A stretch of 30,943 bases of DNA from a virus (Duplodnaviria; Caudoviricetes). Position numbers and translations under genes: made by a program. Shown piece by piece: positions 9,125 to 16,021 of the stretch. How positions within the stretch are numbered: position 1 is the first letter of the stretch; each line of letters starts with the position of its first letter. Below the pieces are notes generated by a model. That model worked only from the letters and a program-made list of their open reading frames with translations. It made no database searches and was not told where the DNA came from. Location: positions 1-30,943 of the IMG/VR virus record IMGVR_UViG_3300010376_000099, one strand, 5' to 3'.

Positions 9125-10234
9125 TTACCCTTGCGAGATAACCGTAAGCAGTCCAACAAGCGCAGATTTCTTTTTACACCATGCGCCAAACTTAGGCGTC
9201 ATAGCAACTTCTGGTTTGTAGGCATATGCTGCCTTCACGAACAAGACCTGAAATTCCTCAGGAAACCGTGACATATAAGTCATGGCAGGTTCAGCATCCT
9301 TCACCTTAACGTCTTTGGCAAGCTTGTAAGCCTGCAAGCGCCACAAGTCAGGACGTTCACGCGGAGGCATTTCAACCCTTTCAGGGTCCTTGATAATGTC
9401 TGCATACTTCGGCAGCGCATGTCCTTCGATAACAAATTTCATATACGCTTCCGCCGCAGACCTACCAATGCCACCTTGCACCAATTCCACCACGTTAGTA
9501 TCAGTGGGAACCTGATCCATGCCGAATGTTTCCATAAGGGTTTGAAGCATGGCATCGGTTTGTGTGAGCGTGCGCGGGTTACAATATGGTCCCTGTTCCT
9601 CCGGCGCGGTCATATACACAACCATAGGATGCTTATCTGCAAACTCGATTGTTTCGGGAAGCGCCTTTAGTTCGCGCAACACTTCAACGAACCCCTCAGG
9701 ATCATCTGTCACATCGATCTGATTACGGCGAGTGATAAGGTGATCAAAATCCCGCGTAGCACCCGCGCGATCTTCTGCACGATTACCCGCGAACCATATC
9801 ACCCATCCAGACGGCAAGCGGTGATTGGCAAGCACTTTGTCATAGGCACCCTCGCCCATGATTTTCTTTAAATCAGGGTCCATCATGTGAGCATCATCAA
9901 CTAAGATAATGCCACCATCATATTCGGAAAGATGCTTGCCTTCCTTCGTATATTGCCAGAACGGCTCCGTGAACGTGCTACGCTTACGACCGCTAGGCGC
10001 ATCCTCTGGCCACATATACCCCAACGCACTGCTCATGGTAAGCGTTGCGCCGTTAATAATGACAATCCCAAATTCCTTATCGGGAAATACCTTTTTCATC
10101 ATCTGCGGAAACTTGCGAAGCGTAAAGCTTTTGCCGCCTCCAGGCCGCCCGCGTAGATAATACGACTGGCCACCCTCCTTGACCGACACAAAGTAGAGTG
10201 CCGGCATATATAGTAGTAAAGTCTTGAGTTTCAT
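9125..10234 (-). CDS. MoxR-like AAA+ ATPase
   Basis: Walker A GRPGGGKS, Walker B IILVDD, AGNRAEDRAG, PRT sensor; upstream of the VWA partner. Confidence 0.9.
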   Translation of the reverse strand: MKLKTLLLYMPALYFVSVKEGGQSYYLRGRPGGGKSFTLRKFPQMMKKVFPDKEFGIVIINGATLTMSSALGYMWPEDAPSGRKRSTFTEPFWQYTKEGKHLSEYDGGIILVDDAHMMDPDLKKIMGEGAYDKVLANHRLPSGWVIWFAGNRAEDRAGATRDFDHLITRRNQIDVTDDPEGFVEVLRELKALPETIEFADKHPMVVYMTAPEEQGPYCNPRTLTQTDAMLQTLMETFGMDQVPTDTNVVELVQGGIGRSAAEAYMKFVIEGHALPKYADIIKDPERVEMPPRERPDLWRLQAYKLAKDVKVKDAEPAMTYMSRFPEEFQVLFVKAAYAYKPEVAMTPKFGAWCKKKSALVGLLTVISQG

Positions 10235-10280
10235 GACCTATCCTCGTTTCAACTATAGATAGTTGGGTTTGCTTCCAACT

Positions 10281-10332
10281 CGTTGCAGGGTTAAATTGCA
10301 ACGCATATAGGGAGTTTCTGAGGCTCCCTATA
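10281..10332 (-). repeat. Structured leader, copy 1 (two hairpins)
   Basis: CGTTGCA/TGCAACG plus TATAGGGAG/CTCCCTATA; second copy at 11500-11545. Confidence 0.75.
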
Positions 10333-10343
10333 AACTTTGCAAC

Positions 10344-10640
10344 TTACTTAATGTTACGGGTAACTTTCTTCGATGGATCACCATAGTAACAGCAATCTAA
10401 GAACCATTCAAGCTTTACGTTTGTATCCTCCTTTGTCAACTCTGTGCCCACATCCCTAATAATGGCAAGCCAAGCACGCGCATAATACGTGTCATGGTTC
10501 GCGTTTTTAGGTCGGCAGGAGTAGAACGCCCATGCCAATTTGCGAAAGTCATGGCGTTGCATTTGGTTTAGTCTCCACAAACTTGATCCATGCATCACAG
10601 TGCTGTTGCGTCCAATGCGGCTCCGTTTTAATTTTGACAT
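10344..10640 (-). CDS. Hypothetical protein
   Basis: 98 aa ORF; start uncertain because it overlaps the upstream ORF. Confidence 0.6.
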   Translation of the reverse strand: MSKLKRSRIGRNSTVMHGSSLWRLNQMQRHDFRKLAWAFYSCRPKNANHDTYYARAWLAIIRDVGTELTKEDTNVKLEWFLDCCYYGDPSKKVTRNIK

Positions 10641-10773
10641 ATACCGGCTTACCGCATTCGGGGCAATAGTTGGGTGTGCGCGGGTTAACCCAACATATGA
10701 GCGCTTGACAGCATGGCATTTGGATCAGGCGAAACTTTACCTTTTCGTTCCATGTTTTCACGGCCACGGCCAC
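10549..10773 (-). CDS. Small Zn-ribbon protein
   Basis: PCC...CPECG motifs; GAGG RBS. Confidence 0.7.
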   Translation of the reverse strand: MAVAVKTWNEKVKFRLIQMPCCQALICWVNPRTPNYCPECGKPVYVKIKTEPHWTQQHCDAWIKFVETKPNATP

Positions 10774-11324
10774 CCCCTCAGTTTTCTATAACAATATGCA
10801 CCTACTACGTTTTGGGATGCATCGTGTTTATATGCTATTTTTGCAACTGTTGGCCAGTCGTCATATGGCGTATTAGCAAGTAATATCATAATAGACTTGC
10901 CAACTTGCGCTGCAAACTCTTGCGCATGACGGTGTGTATCCTCCTGCTCTCTTTGATGCGCTACACCTTCACGAAAGCCTTTTTCTCGTGCGTATGCTGT
11001 AGGATGTTGGTTTGCCTTTCTCACTTTTGGTTCCTTTTTTGGCTTGACAACGCAACTATCTATAGTTGGTTGCTTCCTCTTTCTCTGCCGCTTTTGTTTC
11101 TGCGGCTTAAGGGTTTGTTGATATTGCTCATAATGCTCTAGCGAACAGAATGGCAAAGTAAACTTATCCTTTTCGTCTTGAGGGTTTGCAGGGTCACGCA
11201 CCCAATAAAATCCGACGTTCTTAGTAGTTGAACAAATGAAACAGCGCTGTAAGCGCGCTGCCTCTTCTCGCATGATGTATGCGCCTTTTGGCGCGCGCAA
11301 TTTCTTAACTGTTTGAATGGTCAT
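10758..11324 (-). CDS. Hypothetical protein with Cys/His Zn-finger-like N-terminus
   Basis: CFIC...FCSLEH; basic linker; start placed at MTIQ (track start 11408 overlaps the upstream small gene). Confidence 0.7.
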   Translation of the reverse strand: MTIQTVKKLRAPKGAYIMREEAARLQRCFICSTTKNVGFYWVRDPANPQDEKDKFTLPFCSLEHYEQYQQTLKPQKQKRQRKRKQPTIDSCVVKPKKEPKVRKANQHPTAYAREKGFREGVAHQREQEDTHRHAQEFAAQVGKSIMILLANTPYDDWPTVAKIAYKHDASQNVVGAYCYRKLRGWPWP

Positions 11325-11457
11325 TGGATTGCTGCTCAAGATACCAGCATGCATTCTCGTCACCATGATCGCAGGCTTCTTGCTTACTTGCATAATTGCC
11401 AAATGCAAACATGGCGCACAGAATGAGAAGTATAGTGATAAATGTTGCTTCCTTCAT
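11305..11457 (-). CDS. Small secreted/membrane protein (50 aa)
   Basis: MKEATFITILLILCAMFAFG...; AAACGAGGA RBS. Confidence 0.65.
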   Translation of the reverse strand: MKEATFITILLILCAMFAFGNYASKQEACDHGDENACWYLEQQSNDHSNS

Positions 11458-11499
11458 TTCAGTTTCCTCGTTTTTAAATGAGCCTTTTAAGGCTCTATC

Positions 11500-11545
11500 C
11501 GTTACACCATTGTAACGCATATAGGGAGTTTTGAAGCTCCCTATA
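11500..11545 (-). repeat. Structured leader, copy 2
   Basis: CGTTACA/TGTAACG plus TATAGGGAG/CTCCCTATA. Confidence 0.75.
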
Positions 11546-11547
11546 AG

Positions 11548-11694
11548 TCATAGTGGTCCTCCATTTTGTATTTGGTTGAACTGAATGTTAGGGACATTAC
11601 CCCCGTTCACTGCGATTGACACAAATGCGATGAAAACTAGAAGGCTTAAAAGTGCGAGGCACTCCAAAGCAGTGAATACAACTCGCCTAACCAT
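11548..11694 (-). CDS. Small membrane protein (48 aa)
   Basis: MVRRVVFTALECLALLSLLVFIAFVSIAVNGG...; GGAAAGGA RBS next to the palindrome at 11711. Confidence 0.65.
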   Translation of the reverse strand: MVRRVVFTALECLALLSLLVFIAFVSIAVNGGNVPNIQFNQIQNGGPL

Positions 11695-11772
11695 CGTAAC
11701 CGTCCTTTCCAACTATCTATAGTTGATTTTCTTCGTGCTGTTAGATCAGCTCTTTTTGTTATTTGTTCGAGA

Positions 11773-11801
11773 ATGTTAACATAGTGCATCGTGTCTGTCA
11801 A
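11773..11801 (-). promoter_or_regulatory. Sigma70-type promoter
   Basis: TTGACA-N17-TAACAT with extended TG, just downstream of a terminator. Confidence 0.65.
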
Positions 11802-11862
11802 GTGCTTGAGATTATTGAGGTTTTAGGACGGCAGAAGGGGGAAAGTATAGGGGAATTTGGAC

Positions 11863-11900
11863 AAAGAAAAACCCCCGAAGGGGTTAGCCTTGCGGGGGTT
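11863..11900 (-). terminator. Rho-independent terminator
   Basis: Minus strand AACCCCCGCAAGG-CTAACC-CCTTCGGGGGTT followed by TTTCTTT, right after the stop at 11907. Confidence 0.8.
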
Positions 11901-11906
11901 GTTTGT

Positions 11907-12083
11907 TTAGCGTTTATTCAATGGATCATTCGGGTTTGCGCGCCGCTTGCGCAATATTTTTTGACCTATTTTTGTGCGGCGAATTTCTTCGGCTGTTGCT
12001 TCATTGTGACAAGCTTGGGCCAAACGTTCCAGTTTGGCATTTACTTGCAAAATCTCAGTCCTAGTGGGAAAGCGCGCTTTCAT
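11907..12083 (-). CDS. Small basic hypothetical protein (58 aa)
   Basis: MKARFPTRTEILQVNAKLERLAQACHNE...; ATGA overlap with upstream gene; ends at the terminator. Confidence 0.65.
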   Translation of the reverse strand: MKARFPTRTEILQVNAKLERLAQACHNEATAEEIRRTKIGQKILRKRRANPNDPLNKR

Positions 12084-12289
12084 GGTTCCAAGTCATCCTT
12101 AATCATGCGGCGCGCATAAACTGCAAACTGTGAAAGTGTATCAATTTGATCATTTTGCTTCGCAGTTCTACGCCAAGGCTTTGGTTCAAATTGCCTTAGC
12201 TCATTCACCCGCTTTTCAGCCTGATAAATCGCAAGATTAATCACAGCTTGGTCGTTAAGGCTAAGATTAATGTCATAGGCCATATTCAT
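12080..12289 (-). CDS. Hypothetical protein
   Basis: Start MNMAYDIN after AAACGAGGA RBS. Confidence 0.75.
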   Translation of the reverse strand: MNMAYDINLSLNDQAVINLAIYQAEKRVNELRQFEPKPWRRTAKQNDQIDTLSQFAVYARRMIKDDLEP

Positions 12290-12495
12290 GTTGGTTCCTC
12301 GTTTGAGAGACAACTATAGATAGTTGCGAGGAAACAAACCACGCATTTATAGCGTGTTTATTTCAATTGCCGTCCTATTTACGATGTTTAGAGCAAATCA
12401 CATTTGATGTTCTGGAGTTTAGACCATTGCATCATTGAACCGGCAGGGGAAGATTGCGCCCTCCTCTGCCGGTCTGTCATGCAACTATCTATAGT

Positions 12496-13674
12496 TTATT
12501 CAGCCGCTTGCGCCTGCGCCTCAGCTGCCGCTTTCTTCGCGGCCTTTTCGGCCTTGTCCTTGGCCGCTTGCGCGTCCTTGGCCGCTTTCTCAGCTTTCCG
12601 CTTTGCAGCGTTATCGGCAACGCGCTTTGCATCGTCGATTTTCTTTTGAGCGGCTGCTTTCAGCCTATCTTCGCGCTCTTTGCGGAACCCCTTATGAAAT
12701 GCCTCACCCGCATAATACAGGTAATCAATGGCAAATCGCAGGGATTGACCGGCGGAACCCTTTTTCTCGTCTTTTAGGTCCACCGGGCGACGCGCCCAAA
12801 CATCCCCCGTCTTCTCTTGTTCAGGGGTGACGTTATCCCGCTCCTTGCCTTCCGCGACGCGTTCACACGCGCGAATTGCATCATCAAGAACATCAAAAAT
12901 GTCCTTATCGCGGGTTTGGCCCTCCGGCATAAGAACTTTAGCGATTTCATCCGCCGTCAGAAGATTAGGATGAATGAAACGCTTGGCAGTTCCCTTGCCG
13001 CTTGTAGGATCAGGACGCATTTGTTCGCGCGCCACGTCAAGCAAAGCTTCATACGTTGGCAGGGTTTTGAGAGTGTTCCGAATTGCCTTTCCGCCGCGCA
13101 ATGCCGCAACATGAGCATCCCGCGCCTTCTCAAGCATATCGTCCCACCCTTCAATACCATGCTTTGCGCCCAAGTTGTAAAACACCTTAAGCTTTCCGCC
13201 TTGGGCCTTCACAGCCGCTTCGTCAACTTCCGCCTCCGTAGCGTTTTTGCCAGCGGCAGTGTTAGAGCCGAGACGAAACCGCCGATACACTTCATTTAGC
13301 ATCTTCGGCGGAATTTCCGAAGTGTGGCCCGCTTTGGTGATTTTCTCAGCGAGCGCAATAAGAGACGAAAGCCCCTTACCGCGATCCGCGCCCAAAGCCT
13401 GAACTTCGTTCAAGAACGTTTCTTGCGCTGCTTTCTCATTCGCGGCGCGTTGCTCCGCGCTAGCAGCATCTTCCTCAGGGGCTTCATCCCCTTCGGTTTC
13501 ATCGTTCTCTTCCTCAGGGGCTTCATCCCCTTCGGTTTCATCCTCGTTTTCCAATTCCTCCGCGTTCTCCAACCCTTCTAACCCTTCCGTCTCGTTTTCC
13601 TCAACAGGCGGGGCAGGCGGGGCGGAAACCGGAGCGGCAGGATTAGCGAGGGTAACTCTGGTATTCTTAGCCAT
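12496..13674 (-). CDS. Early protein with acidic repeat N-terminus and Ala/Lys-rich C-terminus
   Basis: 392 aa; GAGG RBS; GC-richer than flanks. Confidence 0.9.
   Translation of the reverse strand: MAKNTRVTLANPAAPVSAPPAPPVEENETEGLEGLENAEELENEDETEGDEAPEEENDETEGDEAPEEDAASAEQRAANEKAAQETFLNEVQALGADRGKGLSSLIALAEKITKAGHTSEIPPKMLNEVYRRFRLGSNTAAGKNATEAEVDEAAVKAQGGKLKVFYNLGAKHGIEGWDDMLEKARDAHVAALRGGKAIRNTLKTLPTYEALLDVAREQMRPDPTSGKGTAKRFIHPNLLTADEIAKVLMPEGQTRDKDIFDVLDDAIRACERVAEGKERDNVTPEQEKTGDVWARRPVDLKDEKKGSAGQSLRFAIDYLYYAGEAFHKGFRKEREDRLKAAAQKKIDDAKRVADNAAKRKAEKAAKDAQAAKDKAEKAAKKAAAEAQAQAAE
13469..13542. repeat. 35-bp exact direct repeat (39-bp period) within CDS
   Basis: TCTTCCTCAGGGGCTTCATCCCCTTCGGTTTCATC at 13469 and 13508; encodes DETEGDEAPEE twice. 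Confidence 0.9.
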
Positions 13675-13936
13675 TTTGTGATTTCCTCAGATTGCAACGC
13701 CAATGGCCGCACAAGCGGGATGCTTGGCGGTCCAAAAGCGTTTACGATGACAAACAACGCGATTTAAGAGCTAAAACCCTAACAAAACCAGCTACTTAAA
13801 CCGAAGCGAACTACAGATGCAATCCGCCCGAAGAAACGTAGATCACAGTTCAAGCGGCAAGTCAAGGGGGTTGTTAAGTGCTTGTTTTTGTTCAACTAAT
13901 AGGTGCTACACACTGTAGCAACTATCTATAGTTGCA

Positions 13937-14164
13937 CTATGGTTGCCTATGCGAGTGATATTGCTTTTTCTGTATTTGCAATATCTCCATTAGTTCGTTG
14001 ATTTGGTCCCGTATTTGGTTAGCAAAGTGCATAATGTCCCTAGTATCCGCTGCATGCCCCCTAGGTCTGTGCACATATTTATAAAACTCATTCATCCTCC
14101 ACTTAACTTCGCTCAATAGTGATATTGCAATAGTGTGTGAATACACCCTTCTATCTGTTAACAT
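13937..14164 (-). CDS. Hypothetical protein
   Basis: Start MLTDRR with GGAG RBS adjacent to the palindrome variant at 14175. Confidence 0.65.
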   Translation of the reverse strand: MLTDRRVYSHTIAISLLSEVKWRMNEFYKYVHRPRGHAADTRDIMHFANQIRDQINELMEILQIQKKQYHSHRQP

Positions 14165-14204
14165 GATACACTCCAACTATTGAGAGTTCACAGCACATTA
14201 CCCC

Positions 14205-14477
14205 CTATTCTCTTGTAGAGAGAAAAGCGCTTAATTCATCTTCGGGCGGATTTTGGGGATTTTCATCAAATGTTTGTGACTGTTTGGGAATAGTATTTTG
14301 TAAAATAGATTTTTTAAGATTATGCATTTTCTTTAAAAGAATCATGACATTTTCAGATATGGCGTTAGCTTCTGCAAAATACTGCTCGTTTCCTTCAATT
14401 AGTAGTATAGCTCGAAAACGGTCTAACTCCACCTTAACATCGGCAAGAATGGTAATGCTGTTTCTATGTTTAGGCAT
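14205..14477 (-). CDS. Hypothetical protein
   Basis: Start MPKHRN with GGAG RBS. Confidence 0.65.
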   Translation of the reverse strand: MPKHRNSITILADVKVELDRFRAILLIEGNEQYFAEANAISENVMILLKKMHNLKKSILQNTIPKQSQTFDENPQNPPEDELSAFLSTRE

Positions 14478-15110
14478 ATTGTATACTCCAATAGAGTCAG
14501 ATTTTCCCAAATGTTCCTAAGTGTTAGGATACTTTGAGATAGTCGAGATTTGATCTTTCTATTGTGGCAATAGTGTGAGCTTAGCGAGCTACTGTGAATT
14601 TAATATGGTGTATGAATTATTGGAGCATTGAAATTGCAGGGATTTTTGCATTTTTATTTAATTAAATGTAAGTCGAGCAGATGTAACCCCCTGATGATGT
14701 GAGCGCGTTCATGTGCGTATGCGCTCGTGTGAGGGTCCTTACGTATAGGATTATATGAAATGATTGTTTTATTTTTAATATAATATATATGTCACACTTT
14801 CCACTCCCTGCCGCTGTGAAATCCAAAATCGGCCATTTTTTTGCAAATGTTAGGAACATTCACGAACATTTGGCCATAATGGAGGGTTTCCAACGCTGGC
14901 CCACTCCCAAAACCGCGCATGCGACTATCGATAGTTGGAAAGACCCCATTATGGGGGGGTGACGGTGCAACCAGGTAGCGGTTTTGTGATGTTATAACGT
15001 AACGCTGGAACGCCATATTTTTTGATCGGGCCAGCGACCCCACGGCCAGATGGACAGGCGGGGGCGGGGCACGCGGCGGCGTTTAGGTATCTCATCATCA
15101 CATTACCCCA

Positions 15111-15225
15111 AATTCCAATCCCCTAACATTTGCAAAATCCCCTAACATTTGCAAAATCCCACTACCGCACCTTAACATTTGCAAAATTCCAATCCCCTAA
15201 CATTTGCAAATCCCACTACCACACC
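15111..15225 (+). repeat. Iterated repeats (core TAACATTTGCAAA x4)
   Basis: Cores at 15124, 15143, 15173, 15198; inverted copy at 14839-14854. Confidence 0.9.
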
Positions 15226-15269
15226 TTTTCGCACTGCACCATTTTTAAACGCCATAAACCAGCATCCCC

Positions 15270-15298
15270 TTGACATAGCACGCCTCTCATGATATGCT
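15270..15298 (+). promoter_or_regulatory. Sigma70-type promoter
   Basis: TTGACA-N17-TATGCT with extended TG. Confidence 0.7.
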
Positions 15299-15365
15299 GT
15301 GATTGATGAAGAGGCGATGGACGCGCGAACCCCACCCCAAGGACCACCAACTATAAATAGTTCGC

Positions 15366-15438
15366 GGATTTGAGTTTACGAAAAATCCGCCAAATAAAAT
15401 GGATTTGAGTTTACGAAAAATCCGCCAAATAAAATGGA
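15366..15438 (+). repeat. 35-bp tandem duplication
   Basis: GGATTTGAGTTTACGAAAAATCCGCCAAATAAAAT at 15366 and 15401. Confidence 0.95.
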
Positions 15439-15694
15439 GCAACAAATGCCAAAAATTACAAACTTCCCAAAACTAATGCGGACCCCCCACACTGTAGAAG
15501 AAGCCCTTTTCACTGCCGGTCAAGACCCGGCAATTCGGCGCGTATTAATCATCGGCGAAACAGCGGCAGGTGAAATTACCTTAGTGAATAATAATCTTAC
15601 TTATGCTCAAGCAAACTGGCTGCTTGACCGTGCGAAGTTTGTTATCCACAGAGATGTTATCTTTGACGACAAGGATGAAGTCCCTGTAGCTTAG
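15434..15694 (+). CDS. Hypothetical protein
   Basis: 86 aa ORF downstream of the promoter; true start may be MPKIT (GGAG RBS). Confidence 0.75.
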   Translation: MEQQMPKITNFPKLMRTPHTVEEALFTAGQDPAIRRVLIIGETAAGEITLVNNNLTYAQANWLLDRAKFVIHRDVIFDDKDEVPVA

Positions 15695-15751
15695 AGGTTA
15701 GAGCGCCGCTGGAGCGCGGAAGCTTCGGTTCGACCCCGAACGGGGACGCCA
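15680..15751 (+). tRNA. tRNA-like RNA with truncated anticodon arm
   Basis: Acceptor GTCCCTG/CGGGGAC, T8-A9, D arm GCTT-AGAGGTTA-GAGC, T arm TTCGG-TTCGACC-CCGAA, G73-CCA. Anticodon arm is only CCGC-TGGAGC-GCGG (14 nt instead of 17). Confidence 0.8.
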
Positions 15752-15786
15752 CCCCTCCTGCCGAAATGATAGGGATGGGAGGGGTA

Positions 15787-15815
15787 TTGACAACAGTAGG
15801 AGTATGTGTTAATGT
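15787..15815 (+). promoter_or_regulatory. Sigma70-type promoter upstream of terL
   Basis: TTGACA-N17-TAATGT with extended TG. Confidence 0.6.
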
Positions 15816-16021
15816 AGTATTGAGCGGAGGACAACTTCACCGCTTGGGGGCACCTCCTGCCTACCCCCTCACTTGGTGCCCCCACTTTTCCAACTATTGA
15901 TAGTTGTTTTGTAGATCGTGAAGAAATACTTAGAGAATATCTTAGAGAATATGATTGACTAAAAAGGTGTCCTATTTCGACCTTTATTAAATACAATGCG
16001 CCTCCAATACTTAGCCGCTTC

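Noticed and set aside
6785-13581. Plus-strand ORFs in the left arm (e.g. 6785-7081, 7524-8087, 12817-13299)
   Set aside because: Antisense shadows of well-supported minus-strand genes, with no recognisable motifs.
15111-15438. Possible CRISPR mini-array
   Set aside because: Repeats are short or directly tandem, intervening sequences are 6-17 nt and partly repeated themselves, and there are no unique spacers or cas genes.
15680-15751. Calling the tRNA-like RNA tRNA-Ser(GGA) or a prophage att site
   Set aside because: No long variable arm, the loop is 6 nt, and no integrase or host-phage junction is visible in the window.
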